64,000 nucleotides of DNA from Candidatus Omnitrophota bacterium (GTDB taxonomy: Bacteria; Omnitrophota; Gorgyraeia; Zapsychrales; Fredricksoniimonadaceae): positions 17,911 through 81,910 of the forward strand of contig CAIUQE010000010.1 of NCBI GenBank assembly GCA_903901225.1. The letters are read 5' to 3'. Every line of letters starts with the position of its first letter. Positions within the stretch are counted from its first letter, which is position 1. Shown here one piece after another: positions 39,311-49,172 of the stretch. The position numbers were made by a program, and so were the translations under genes. The notes under the pieces are model-generated. The model was not told where the DNA came from. It ran no database searches and saw nothing but the letters and a program-made list of their open reading frames with translations.

Positions 39311-39852
39311 GAAAATTATCAGGCATCGGCATGGCCGTGGTCCTTGGCGCGTTCGCGCTGACGGGGTTTTTCGGTTGTTCGCGTAACAGTGAACCCAATG
39401 CTTCCGTCGCTTCTGAAGCGCGGCAGTTGCTGGTTGACGGGACCGTTTTTCTCAAGCAGGGTGATGTGGTCAAGGCTGTCCAGAGTTTCGCGTCGGCGAT
39501 CAAGACCTCTCCGGATTATTTTGAAGCTTATTTCATGCTGGGGGAAACGTTCATCCACCTGAAGCAGTTTGAGCAGGCCCAGTCGGTACTCAGCGCGGCC
39601 GCGAACCGCTTTCCGGGGAATCCTGACGCGCATTACCTCCTGGCCATTGCCTTCGAAGGCGACGGAAAACTGATGCCGGCGATCGTTTCCGTGCGCAAGA
39701 GCATTGATCTGTATCAGGCGACAAAGGATGAGGCCGGCGAGAAGCGCGCCACGGTCCTCCTGGGTGTGCTGGTCCAGCTGGCCAAGCAGCAGTCCGAGGC
39801 GAAGATGGTTGATAACGCGGCGCAGGACGCGGCCAAGGCATCCGGGCATTAA
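39307..39852 (+). CDS. TPR-repeat lipoprotein
   Basis: Lipobox LTGFFGC. TPR-like repeats (AYFMLGETFIHLKQFEQA, AHYLLAIAFEGDGK). Confidence 0.6.
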   Translation: MRKLSGIGMAVVLGAFALTGFFGCSRNSEPNASVASEARQLLVDGTVFLKQGDVVKAVQSFASAIKTSPDYFEAYFMLGETFIHLKQFEQAQSVLSAAANRFPGNPDAHYLLAIAFEGDGKLMPAIVSVRKSIDLYQATKDEAGEKRATVLLGVLVQLAKQQSEAKMVDNAAQDAAKASGH

Positions 39853-39868
39853 TAGGCCGGGCGTTATC

Positions 39869-41335
39869 ATGCCCCTGGCGCTGATCCTTTGTTCTGCCGG
39901 GCTTTATTGTCTTTCATTCCCTGATCTTATATCAATTCAAGGCGCACCCTTTTTCGCAGCGGGGTGCGCCTTGCCTTTTTTTGCGGCCCTCGAGGGGCGG
40001 CCGGCGGGCGCGCGGTTCCTGTTGGGTGCCGTGTGGGGGCTCTTGGCGAACGGGCTTCTGGTGGCATGGCTTCTTCCCGTCAGTCACGGCGGGTGGTTCA
40101 TCTTTACATTCGCGCTGGCCTCGCAGGGATGTGTTTTCGCGCTTCTGTTCCCGGAAAAAATATCGCGGCGCGCGCTGGTGCTGATCCCCTGCGCGTGGGT
40201 TGTTTCGGAATTTATCCGCGCGCTTGTTTTGGGAGGCTTTACCTGGAGTATCGGCTACGCCCTGGCGCCCGTGCCGGCGCTCATACAGCCCGCGGCTTTT
40301 GGCGGGGTTTATGCCGTGGCGGCCATGATCCTCGGCGTGAACACGGGTATTTATTTATGGCGGCGGGGGGTGTTGAAAGGGCGAGGCCTGCTGATCTTTG
40401 TTCTGGTGGTGCTGGCCGTGCCGGCCTCCAGCATCTGGAACGTGGTGTTCGCCGGACGTCAGGTGCCCGCGGGTTTGCGGGTTGCCGCGGTGCAGGCCAA
40501 TATTTCGCGTGAGCGGAAGTCGCGCGATGAACTTTATGACATTAACGGAAGCCGGCATGTCGCGCTCACGGAACAGGGCGTCCGTGCCGGGAAGCTCGGC
40601 GCGGGCGACCTTGTGGTGTGGCCCGAGACGGCTTTTGTGGACGATATCCTGACCGATGCGCGCTGGCGGGATCGCCTTGAAGCGCTGGCGCGTGACCTTC
40701 GCGTCAATATGCTGGTGGGATCCGCTCTTTTGTCCGACGGGCATGATCGCAACAGCGCTTTGTTGCTGGGGTTTGACGGTCGCTGGAAGGCAACGTATGA
40801 CAAGCGGCGTCTGGTCCCGTTCACGGAATTCACGCCGGCAGGATTGGAACGTTTTGCCGCGATGATGGGTATTGGCAAGTATCATTTTACCGCGGGACAT
40901 CTGCCGGGGACCATGGTGCTGCCTGGTGGGAGGGATCTTGGCGTGGCTCTTTGTTCCGAAGAGTTTTATCCGGACATGTTCCGGCCGGCGGCCGGGGTCT
41001 CGGTCGTGATGCTCAATGACGGATGGTTCACCCGGCCGCAGGCGTTGTGGTTGCACGCGCTGGCCGCGCCATTGCGCGCGGTCGAGTCGGGAGCCCCTCT
41101 GGTACGGGTGGCCAATACCGGCGTTACCGCGGCGTTCGACGCCTACGGGCGGCGTATCGGTGTGACGCTGAGGACGGAGCGGCCCGGGGTCGCGGTCTAT
41201 GATATTCCTCAGGCGGCGCCGCCGACATGGTATGCAAAATGGGGCGATGTTTTTGCGCTGATGTGCGGGCTCTTTGTTATAATGGAACGGATTTTGAGCT
41301 TGGCGCAACGAGCAAGGACCAGGATCTCCGCGTGA
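39869..41335 (+). CDS. lnt: Apolipoprotein N-acyltransferase
   Basis: N-terminal multi-TM region. C-terminal CN-hydrolase domain (VVWPETAF...LCSEEFYP). The track ORF starts upstream at 39704 and overlaps the lipoprotein gene. Confidence 0.8.
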   Translation: MPLALILCSAGLYCLSFPDLISIQGAPFFAAGCALPFFAALEGRPAGARFLLGAVWGLLANGLLVAWLLPVSHGGWFIFTFALASQGCVFALLFPEKISRRALVLIPCAWVVSEFIRALVLGGFTWSIGYALAPVPALIQPAAFGGVYAVAAMILGVNTGIYLWRRGVLKGRGLLIFVLVVLAVPASSIWNVVFAGRQVPAGLRVAAVQANISRERKSRDELYDINGSRHVALTEQGVRAGKLGAGDLVVWPETAFVDDILTDARWRDRLEALARDLRVNMLVGSALLSDGHDRNSALLLGFDGRWKATYDKRRLVPFTEFTPAGLERFAAMMGIGKYHFTAGHLPGTMVLPGGRDLGVALCSEEFYPDMFRPAAGVSVVMLNDGWFTRPQALWLHALAAPLRAVESGAPLVRVANTGVTAAFDAYGRRIGVTLRTERPGVAVYDIPQAAPPTWYAKWGDVFALMCGLFVIMERILSLAQRARTRISA

Positions 41336-42393
41336 TGGGTAAACATTCCGTTCTTTTTTGCCTGTTGTTGACGGCCTGTCTTCTGGCATCAGATGCCCGG
41401 GCCGCGGCCGTGGCTCAGCGCCGGCAGCAGATGATGCAGCAAGCCGCGGCGCAGCAGCAGGCCCAGGTCCAGGCGGCGTACCAGCAGGCTGTGGCGCAAA
41501 AGCAGGCGCAGGAAGTGGCTGCGTATCAGCAGGCGCTCGCGCAGCGGCAGGCTCAGGTCCAGCAGCAGGCGGCATATCAAAAGGCGGCGGTGGAATACGC
41601 GGCGTACAAGCAGGCCATGCAGCAGGCGGTGGCCCAGCGGCAGGCTCAGGTCGAGGCCAGACAGGTCCAGGCGGCCACGCAGCAGGTAGCCCAGGTCGTG
41701 GCGTACCAGCGGGCCACGGCGACGCGCAGTGCTGTTGAGCAGAAGACCCAGGCGGATGTTAACGGCCAGATCCAGGAATATGCCCAGTACCTTGCGGCCC
41801 GGCGGGCGGCTCTTGTCCGGCAGGGAGTTGTTGAGGAAGCGGCGGGTGCCGAGCAGCGGCTTTTGCAGAACGCCGCGATCCAGAAATACAAGACCCGGCA
41901 GGCGCGTGTCGCGGTTGAATCGAAGATCGCCGTGGAAGCGGCTTCACGGGCGATGATGGGCAAGAAGCTTGCGTCCGATGTCATGGTCTCAAAAGCCGCC
42001 GCGGGCAGCCAGAGCACGGAGCCGTCTGCAGTTCCCGGCCAGGAGACGGTGGTGGATATCCATGACTTGTGGGCGTCGCTGGATGGTGCCAGCACGGCCT
42101 GGGGGCAGATCATTGACCGGGAGATCAAGCTGTTGACCGTGGCTGAGTACATCGACCGGTTCCGCAAGATGCGCATCACGATCAGAAAATCGCCTGGCCA
42201 TTACGTCGGGCTTATCGATTCTTTGGCGGGGCAGATGGACGGCTTCCTGTCGGCGCCGTTCCTTAATGTGTTGAGTTACGCCGCGATCATGGAATATGAT
42301 TTTGACAATGGCACGAACAAGGATGAACTGGCCCGGAAAACTTTGGGGCCGGAACAATTCGAGATCAACCGCCGGCGCCTGACAGGGCGTTGA
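41335..42393 (+). CDS. Secreted Q/A-rich repeat protein with globular C-terminal domain
   Basis: ATG overlaps the lnt TGA (TGATG). Signal peptide. ~180 aa of imperfect heptad-like repeats AYQQA(V/L)AQ(K/R)QAQV. Confidence 0.55.
   Translation: MGKHSVLFCLLLTACLLASDARAAAVAQRRQQMMQQAAAQQQAQVQAAYQQAVAQKQAQEVAAYQQALAQRQAQVQQQAAYQKAAVEYAAYKQAMQQAVAQRQAQVEARQVQAATQQVAQVVAYQRATATRSAVEQKTQADVNGQIQEYAQYLAARRAALVRQGVVEEAAGAEQRLLQNAAIQKYKTRQARVAVESKIAVEAASRAMMGKKLASDVMVSKAAAGSQSTEPSAVPGQETVVDIHDLWASLDGASTAWGQIIDREIKLLTVAEYIDRFRKMRITIRKSPGHYVGLIDSLAGQMDGFLSAPFLNVLSYAAIMEYDFDNGTNKDELARKTLGPEQFEINRRRLTGR
41400..41720 (+). repeat. Imperfect ~21-27-nt tandem coding repeats (CAG/GCG-rich) encoding the Q/A-rich heptads
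   Basis: Recurrent units gcgtaccagcaggc.../cagcggcaggctcaggtc... are visible in the DNA. Confidence 0.5.
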
Positions 42394-42412
42394 CGCCGGG
42401 AAAGGCCGCACA

Positions 42413-43504
42413 ATGGTATCAAGTGATGGCAATAAGACCCTGAATGTGGTCCTGGTCGGCTGCGGCCGTATCGCGGCCAAACACGCGGAGCTCCTGGGTG
42501 GCGGCCGTATCGCGGGCGCGCGCCTTGAGGCTGTGTGTGACACGCTCTTGCCACGGGCCCGGATCATGGGGGATCAATACGGCGTCAGTGCCTATGACGA
42601 TATGCACCGGATGCTGAAAGCGCATCCGCGGGTGGACATTATCTCCATTTTGACACCCAGCGGCGATCATGCCCGGCATCTTCTGGAGCTTGTCGGTTAC
42701 GGCAAGCACATGGTCATTGAAAAACCCATGGCGCTGACCCTGGGTGACGCCGACGCGATGATCGAGGCGTGCGCGCGCCACCGCGTGAAACTTTTCGTGG
42801 TCAAGCAGAACCGTTTCAACCTTCCTGTTCAGCGCCTGAAAGAAGCGGTTGACCAGGGGCGCTTCGGCAAGCTGGTGATGGGGACGGTCCGGGTGCGCTG
42901 GTGCCGGAGGCAGGATTATTACGACCAGGCCGCGTGGCGCGGCACCTGGGCGCAGGACGGGGGAGTTTTTACGAATCAGGCGAGCCATCACATCGACCTC
43001 CTCGAGTGGCTGATGGGGGATGTGGCATCGGTTTTTGCCAGGGGAACGACCGCGCTGGCGCGTATCGAGACCGAAGACACGGGCGCCGCGGTCATCAAGT
43101 TTTGCAACGGCGCGCTGGGGATCATCGAAGCCACGACGGCGACCCGCCCGAAGGACCTTGAGGGGTCGATCTCGATCCTGGGGGAGCGCGGCAGCGTGGT
43201 CATCGAGGGCTTCGCGGTCAACCGGTTGCGGACCTGGCAGTTTGAGGACCAGGGGCCGCTGGATGAGGCCATCCTCCGCACGAGTTCCGAGAATCCGCCC
43301 GATGTTTACGGCTTCGGGCACAAGGCCCAGTATGACCACATCGTTGACTGCATCGCGCATGACAGGAAGGCGCTTGTTGACGGGGTTGAGGGCCGCAAAA
43401 GCCTCGAGGTCATCGCGGCGCTGTACGGGTCGATCGAGACCGGCCGCGAGATATTTTTGAAGGACAAACCCGAGAAATGCCGCCTGGGGAGATATGATCG
43501 CTGA
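42413..43504 (+). CDS. Gfo/Idh/MocA-family NAD-dependent sugar oxidoreductase (WbpB-like)
   Basis: Rossmann VVLVGCGRIAAKH. EKP motif. NQASHHIDLL. Confidence 0.85.
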   Translation: MVSSDGNKTLNVVLVGCGRIAAKHAELLGGGRIAGARLEAVCDTLLPRARIMGDQYGVSAYDDMHRMLKAHPRVDIISILTPSGDHARHLLELVGYGKHMVIEKPMALTLGDADAMIEACARHRVKLFVVKQNRFNLPVQRLKEAVDQGRFGKLVMGTVRVRWCRRQDYYDQAAWRGTWAQDGGVFTNQASHHIDLLEWLMGDVASVFARGTTALARIETEDTGAAVIKFCNGALGIIEATTATRPKDLEGSISILGERGSVVIEGFAVNRLRTWQFEDQGPLDEAILRTSSENPPDVYGFGHKAQYDHIVDCIAHDRKALVDGVEGRKSLEVIAALYGSIETGREIFLKDKPEKCRLGRYDR

Positions 43505-44084
43505 AACCGCCAAGATCTATCCGAATGTCCGCCTCGGCCGGAATGCCGTGATCGAGGATTACTGCATCATCGGCCGTCCCGCCGGGGATGACCCGCGCCC
43601 GACGGTCATCGGCGATGACGCGCATATCCGTTCGCATACCGTGATCTACGCCGGCAACAGGATCGGGGTGTCTTTTCACACGGGGCATCACGCGAATATC
43701 CGGGAAGATAACGTCATCGGCGACCGCGTTTCGGTCGGAACATCGAGCGTCGTCGAGCACCACGTCACCATCGAGGATGACGTCAGGATACATTCCCAGG
43801 CGTTCATCCCTGAATACAGCACGCTGAAGAACGGTTGCTGGATAGGCCCGCACGCGGTCCTGACCAATGTCAGGTTCCCCTGTTCCAAGGACGCGAAAAA
43901 AACGCTGCAGGGGCCCGTCATCGGCCCTCGGGCCAAGGTCGGCGCCAACGCGACGATCCTGCCGGGCGTCGTGGTGGGGGAGAACGCGCTCATCGGGGCA
44001 GGGGCTGTCGTGACCCGCGATGTCCTGCCCGGCGCCGTTTGCACAGGTTCCCCCGCGAGGAAACGCCGCGAGATCCATTACTGA
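43494..44084 (+). CDS. Hexapeptide-repeat (left-handed beta-helix) sugar N-acetyltransferase (WbpD-like)
   Basis: Runs of [LIV]G-x-x-x-x-I repeats over ~190 aa. Overlaps the oxidoreductase stop. Confidence 0.8.
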   Translation: MIAETAKIYPNVRLGRNAVIEDYCIIGRPAGDDPRPTVIGDDAHIRSHTVIYAGNRIGVSFHTGHHANIREDNVIGDRVSVGTSSVVEHHVTIEDDVRIHSQAFIPEYSTLKNGCWIGPHAVLTNVRFPCSKDAKKTLQGPVIGPRAKVGANATILPGVVVGENALIGAGAVVTRDVLPGAVCTGSPARKRREIHY

Positions 44085-44096
44085 TCCGGAGAGGCC

Positions 44097-45053
44097 ATGT
44101 ACAGGAACCAGAAAATAGCCCTTGTCATCCCGGCGTACAATGAGCAGAAGCTCATCCGTTCGACGCTTGAGAATATCCCCGCCCTTATCGACGTTGTTTA
44201 CGTTGTCGATGATAAAAGTCCCGACGGGCAGAACGCGGTGATCCTGGATTGCGCGGCGCGCGATGCCCGTATCCAGCTTATCCGCCATGAAGCCAACCAG
44301 GGCCCCGGCGGGGCCATCATCACGGGCTACTTGCGCGCGAGCCGTGAGGACGCCGCCATCGCGGTCGTTGTCGGGGCGGATTTCCAGATGCCGCTCGATG
44401 AGGTCACGCGTTTCCTTGACCCGATCATTGACGGCCAAGTGGATTACACCAAGGGCAACCGTTTCATGTTGAGCAAGCTCGCGCACACGCTTGAGACAAT
44501 GCCGCGGATACGGCTGGTCGGCAACTGGCTTATCACCGCGCTCACCAAGATCGCGTCGGGATATTACAAGATCATGGATGTCGTCGACGGGTATACGGCC
44601 ATCAGCCGGCGCGCGATCGACAGCATTGACTGGTCGAAGGCCTGGACGCGCTATGGTTATCCCATGGATTTTTTGATACGCCTCAACGCGCACGCCTTCA
44701 AGGTCAGGGATATCCCGCGCACGGCGATCTACCTCAAGGGGGAGCGCCAGTCCCAGATCAAGGGCCTGGACTACGCGCTGAAGGTCGCGCCCATGCTTGT
44801 GCGTGGGTTTTTCTGGCGGCTCAAGTTCAAGTACCTGTTCCTCGATTTTCACCCGCTGGTGTTCTTTTATTATCTTGCGTTCATCCTTTTGCCCTCCGGC
44901 CTCCTTTACGGGTGCTATCTCGTCGTGGACCGTGTCTTTTTCGGCGGCTACGGCGTCACGGCGTCGCGTGCCGTCCTGGACGCGCTCATGCTCATCAGCG
45001 GGTCGCAGTTCTTCCTGTTCGCCATGTTCTTTGACATGGAAGAAGGGAAATAG
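44097..45053 (+). CDS. GT2 glycosyltransferase with C-terminal TM helices
   Basis: IALVIPAYNE...VVDDKSPDG...DxD-like VVGADFQ. C-terminal hydrophobic helices. Confidence 0.8.
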   Translation: MYRNQKIALVIPAYNEQKLIRSTLENIPALIDVVYVVDDKSPDGQNAVILDCAARDARIQLIRHEANQGPGGAIITGYLRASREDAAIAVVVGADFQMPLDEVTRFLDPIIDGQVDYTKGNRFMLSKLAHTLETMPRIRLVGNWLITALTKIASGYYKIMDVVDGYTAISRRAIDSIDWSKAWTRYGYPMDFLIRLNAHAFKVRDIPRTAIYLKGERQSQIKGLDYALKVAPMLVRGFFWRLKFKYLFLDFHPLVFFYYLAFILLPSGLLYGCYLVVDRVFFGGYGVTASRAVLDALMLISGSQFFLFAMFFDMEEGK

Positions 45054-45054
45054 C

Positions 45055-46182
45055 GTGACGGTCCGCGCGTGCGCCCGCTGCCTGCTGGACACGACCCTTG
45101 CCTCCATCCATTTTGATGCCGCGGGGGTTTGCAACTATTGCCATAGCCATGACCGCCTGGCCGGATATTACCGGCGTGAACGTTTTAGGCCCGGGGCGCT
45201 GGAGCGGGTCGCGGCAACCATGCGACGCGCCGGGGAAGGCAGGGAATACGACTGCATCGTCGGCGTGAGCGGCGGGGTGGACAGTTCTTTTGTCCTTCTC
45301 ACCGTGAAGGACATGGGCTTGCGCCCGCTGGCGGTCCATTTTGACAACGGCTGGGACACGGATGAGGCGGTTACGAACATCAGGAGGATCACGGACGGGC
45401 TGAAGGTCGACCTGCACACGTTCGTGGTGGACTGGCAGGAATTCAGGAGCCTTCAGGTCGCGTTCCTGAAAGCCTCGGTCCCCTGTGTGGAAACGCCGAC
45501 CGATGTCGGCATCCATGGCGCGTTGATGCGGGTCGCGGCGCGCGAAAAGATACGTTTTATCATCGGCGGGCAGTCGTTCGCCACGGAAGGGACCGTTCCC
45601 CGTGAATGGGGCTATCTCGACGGGATATACATTGATTCGGTCAACAGGGCTTCGGGTACGGCGGCCTTGCGCTCGTTCCCGAATGTGACCCTGTCACGGA
45701 TCCTCCATGACACGCTTCTCAACGGTATCAGGCAGGTCCCGCTGCTCAATTACCTGGATTATGACAAGGTCAAGGCGCGTGAGGTGTTGACGCGGCGGTT
45801 CGACTGGCAGCCTTATGGGGCGAACCACTATGAGAATGTTTATTCCAGGTTCGCGTCCGGATGGTTGTTGCCGCGCAAGTTCCATATCGATAAGAGGAAG
45901 GTCTACCTTTCGGGGCCGGTGCGTTCAGGGTTGGTCGCGCGTGAAGAGGCCCGGCGGGTCCTGGCAGCGCCACCTGATGTCAGCGACGAGTTGGCGTCCT
46001 ATTGCGTCAGGAAGCTTGAATTGACGCCGGTTGAGTTCGACCGGATCATGGCGCTGCCCGTGAAGAGTTACCGGGATTACCGCACGAGCGACGCGTACCT
46101 GCGTCCGTTCAAGGGGATCGTCGGGGCGGCGGTCGGCCTGGGATTGTTCACGCCTGTCCTTTATGAAAAATATTGCCGCTGA
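45055..46182 (+). CDS. N-acetyl-sugar amidotransferase (WbpG/WbuX-type PP-loop ATPase)
   Basis: GTG start follows the GT2 TAG. N-terminal Cys ribbon CARCLLD...CNYCH. PP-loop CIVGVSGGVDSSF. Confidence 0.75.
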   Translation: MTVRACARCLLDTTLASIHFDAAGVCNYCHSHDRLAGYYRRERFRPGALERVAATMRRAGEGREYDCIVGVSGGVDSSFVLLTVKDMGLRPLAVHFDNGWDTDEAVTNIRRITDGLKVDLHTFVVDWQEFRSLQVAFLKASVPCVETPTDVGIHGALMRVAAREKIRFIIGGQSFATEGTVPREWGYLDGIYIDSVNRASGTAALRSFPNVTLSRILHDTLLNGIRQVPLLNYLDYDKVKAREVLTRRFDWQPYGANHYENVYSRFASGWLLPRKFHIDKRKVYLSGPVRSGLVAREEARRVLAAPPDVSDELASYCVRKLELTPVEFDRIMALPVKSYRDYRTSDAYLRPFKGIVGAAVGLGLFTPVLYEKYCR

Positions 46183-46191
46183 AAGAAAGCG

Positions 46192-46818
46192 ATGGCGATG
46201 ATCGTTATTGTTGATTACGGGATGGGAAATCTGGAGTCGCTGCGCAGCAAGCTTGAACGACTGAAGCATGAGGCGCGCGTCACCGCGGACAAAGACCTGA
46301 TCCTGGCGGCCGGCAAAATCATCCTTCCCGGTGTCGGGCATTTCACCGCGGGCATGGCCAATATCCGCGCGCGCGGGCTTGTGGATGTGCTGGACCGCAA
46401 GGTCTTGCAGGAGAAGACACCGGTCCTCGGTATTTGTCTGGGGATGCAGTTACTGACGGGATACAGTGAAGAAGGTCATGTTGATGGCCTTGGCTGGGTC
46501 GCGGCGCGGACCGTGCGGTTAGATCTTCCCGCGGACACGCCGGAACGCTTCAGGGTCCCCCATATGGGATGGAACAAGGTGATCCCGCGCAAGGAGAGCC
46601 TTTTGTTCAGGGACATCCCCCCGGGCGAAAGGTTTTATTTCGCGCATTCCTATCATGTGGTGTGTCGAAACCCAGAGGATATCGCTGCGGGCACCCCCTA
46701 CGGGCCGGAATTTGTTGCCGCCTTTGAAAAAGGCAATATTTACGGGGTCCAGTTCCATCCTGAAAAAAGCCATGCTTCCGGGCTCAAACTCCTTGATAAC
46801 TTTTTGAGGTATGCCTGA
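46192..46818 (+). CDS. Imidazole glycerol phosphate synthase HisH-like glutaminase subunit (WbuY-type, LPS amidotransfer)
   Basis: GATase1 (ILPGVGHF...[10 protein letters not shown]...GVQFHPEKS). Confidence 0.8.
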   Translation: MAMIVIVDYGMGNLESLRSKLERLKHEARVTADKDLILAAGKIILPGVGHFTAGMANIRARGLVDVLDRKVLQEKTPVLGICLGMQLLTGYSEEGHVDGLGWVAARTVRLDLPADTPERFRVPHMGWNKVIPRKESLLFRDIPPGERFYFAHSYHVVCRNPEDIAAGTPYGPEFVAAFEKGNIYGVQFHPEKSHASGLKLLDNFLRYA

Positions 46819-46819
46819 G

Positions 46820-47584
46820 ATGCTGCTGCCGAGGGTCATGCCGTGCCTGTTGCTTTCCGGAAAGGGCCTGGTCAAGGGGGTCCGGTTCAGTGACCATGTC
46901 TATATTGGCGATCCGGTGAACGCGGTACGGATCTTCAGCGCCCGTAAAGCCGATGAAGTCCTTTTGCTGGATATTGCGGCGACACGCGAGGGTCGCATTC
47001 CCGACGCCGCGTTCGTGCAGATGATCGCCAATGAATCCCTGATGCCTTTCACTGTGGGGGGCGGCCTGAAAAGCGAGGCGGATGTCCGTGCCATGCTCAA
47101 TGCCGGAGCGGAGAAAGTTTGTATCGGCACGGCCGCGGTCGAAGTCCCGCACGTCATCGAACGGTGCGCGCGGACCTTTGGCAGCCAGTGCGTGATGGTG
47201 TCCATTGACGTGCGCAGGGATGCGCGAGGTGCCATGGAAGTTTTTACGCATGCCGGGTCCAGGGGCACTGGGATCGACCCGTTCGCGCATGCCGTGGCAA
47301 TGGAGCGGCTTGGCGCGGGTGAGCTTCTGGTCAACAGCATTGACCGCGACGGGACTATGCAGGGGTATGATCTGGATCTGGTGCGCGGGATCGCCGCGCG
47401 TGTCCGCATTCCCGTCATTGCCTGCGGTGGGGCGGGGACGCCGGGGCATCTGAAGGAAGTTATCCGTGAAGCAGGTGTCGCCGCGGCGGCGGGCAGTCTT
47501 TTTGTGCTTCACGGGCGTCGGCGCGGGGTCCTGATCAGTTATCCGTCCGGGGCTGAGCTCGACGACATACGGGGTGCGTCATGA
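46820..47584 (+). CDS. HisF-like cyclase subunit (WbuZ-type)
   Basis: MLLPRVMPCLLL...KGV matches the HisF N-terminus. (beta/alpha)8 motifs (VGGGLKS, ACGGAG). Alternative start ATG 46811. Confidence 0.8.
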   Translation: MLLPRVMPCLLLSGKGLVKGVRFSDHVYIGDPVNAVRIFSARKADEVLLLDIAATREGRIPDAAFVQMIANESLMPFTVGGGLKSEADVRAMLNAGAEKVCIGTAAVEVPHVIERCARTFGSQCVMVSIDVRRDARGAMEVFTHAGSRGTGIDPFAHAVAMERLGAGELLVNSIDRDGTMQGYDLDLVRGIAARVRIPVIACGGAGTPGHLKEVIREAGVAAAAGSLFVLHGRRRGVLISYPSGAELDDIRGAS

Positions 47585-49116
47585 AAAAATTGTCGCTGCT
47601 CATGTTCCTGGTGGGGTTCCTGTTGTTGAAGCCGTTCCAGCTCGGCCTTTCGGACATGATGTATTACGGAGACGACTTTTCCTATCTCGCGCATGCCACG
47701 GCATTGGCGTACGGGCAATTCCCGTCTTACAAGAAGGAATATTACATTGATGGCGGCGCAAGCCCGCTCCAGAGTGCCGGGGCCGGCGTCATGGCAGCGC
47801 CGTTCGTGGCGGCGTTCTCTGTTTTGGATCGCGTGCAGGGGCGGACCATTGTCCAGCAGCGCACGGCCGACACCATTCACGGGACATGGACGGTGTACGG
47901 TTTTATATTTTCATCCGTGTTTTACCTGTGGCTGGGGTGCTTTTTGCTCTACCGGGGTTTGCGCGTGTATTGCGGGGAGTTCGAGAGCGTTCTCGCTGTT
48001 TTTTTGAACATCCTGTGCCAGGGCATCCCGCTCATGGCTTTTCGCAGGCCTGTCTTCAGCCATGTTTCGGAGTTCTTCCTGACAAGCCTTTTTGTTTGGT
48101 GGCTGCTCATGCCGGAAAAACAGCGCCCATCGTGGACGCGAGGCTTGCCAGGAGCCCTGGCTTTTGGCGTTCTGACCGGATGCGCCGGCCTGGTCCGGCT
48201 GAATAACGCGCCCATGATGCTGGTGTGGCCGTTATTGATCGCGGCGCAGGGTGATGAAAAAGCCGCGTTCAGGGCCCGCGCGACAAATGTTGCCGTCAGC
48301 TGGACGGTCGGGGCCATGATCGTCGGTATATTTCAGATCGCGCCTGATCTGATGCATCGCAATACGGGGAACAATGCCGTTATCCGGGACCTTATATTGA
48401 ATTTCCAGCCGCCTGTGTTTTATATCCAGCGCCTGTGGCAGGTGCTCACCGGCGTTGACTGGGGGCTTGTTTATACCGCGCCGTTCATTCTTCTGGGGCT
48501 GGCCGCGGGGCTGGTGATGAAGTTCCCTCGGCGAAAGGTCCTTCTTCTCGGCTGCCTGCCTTTACTGATGAACCTTTATGTGGCGCTTTCCTGGAAGACC
48601 CAGGGCGGGTGGTACGGATACCGGTATTTGTTCCCGGCCGCGGCCCCGCTTGTGACGCTCCCTCTGGCTGTATTTCTCGGACGGGCCAGGCTCCGGACCG
48701 GCCGTGCGGCTGTCCTGGCGGGGTGCGCGGTCGTGTGTGTCCTTCCGTTGCTGTCCATGCTCATGTTCGAGAACATTGTGCCTGACCTGACGCTGGCGCC
48801 CGTCCGGCAGTATTGGGATGTTTCGGGCTGGGGGAACAACACCTACCAGGTCAATCTCTGGGCTATCTTTTTTCACCGGCCGCTGGAATTCTGGGCCAAT
48901 GCCATCAAGGGGGGGCCGTTGTATGTGGTGTGTTACCTGGCGATGTTTTTTAACGCAGCCAAGGCCCTTCCGCCCATGCTGGGGCGCATCCTTGCCCTGT
49001 ATGAGCCTTTTTCACCGTTGCTTTTCATAAAAGTGCATTTGATCTACATGCTGCCGTTCATTCTGGCGTTATTTTTTGGCCGCGGTTCCGACGGAGAGAA
49101 GGCGGCCGGACGGTGA
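47581..49116 (+). CDS. Polytopic membrane protein of unknown function (possible GT-C/O-antigen-related)
   Basis: 511 aa. ≥12 hydrophobic helices. Ends the sugar-modification cluster. Confidence 0.55.
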   Translation: MKKLSLLMFLVGFLLLKPFQLGLSDMMYYGDDFSYLAHATALAYGQFPSYKKEYYIDGGASPLQSAGAGVMAAPFVAAFSVLDRVQGRTIVQQRTADTIHGTWTVYGFIFSSVFYLWLGCFLLYRGLRVYCGEFESVLAVFLNILCQGIPLMAFRRPVFSHVSEFFLTSLFVWWLLMPEKQRPSWTRGLPGALAFGVLTGCAGLVRLNNAPMMLVWPLLIAAQGDEKAAFRARATNVAVSWTVGAMIVGIFQIAPDLMHRNTGNNAVIRDLILNFQPPVFYIQRLWQVLTGVDWGLVYTAPFILLGLAAGLVMKFPRRKVLLLGCLPLLMNLYVALSWKTQGGWYGYRYLFPAAAPLVTLPLAVFLGRARLRTGRAAVLAGCAVVCVLPLLSMLMFENIVPDLTLAPVRQYWDVSGWGNNTYQVNLWAIFFHRPLEFWANAIKGGPLYVVCYLAMFFNAAKALPPMLGRILALYEPFSPLLFIKVHLIYMLPFILALFFGRGSDGEKAAGR

Positions 49117-49130
49117 TCTGATCTTAGATA

Positions 49131-49172
49131 AATTCGGATTCAATCCGGATTCAATCCGGATAAATCCGGATT
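49131..49172 (+). repeat. Four tandem 11-bp repeats of the palindromic unit AATCCGGATTC, overlapping the carA -35
   Basis: aattcggattc / aatccggattc / aatccggataa / aatccggatt. ATCCGGAT is self-complementary. The 11-bp period equals one helical turn. Confidence 0.7.

Noticed and set aside
42419-43513. 364-aa minus-strand ORF almost exactly mirroring the 363-aa + ORF
   Set aside because: The + strand product has clear Gfo/Idh/MocA motifs (GCGRIA, EKP, NQASHH). The mirror frame has none.
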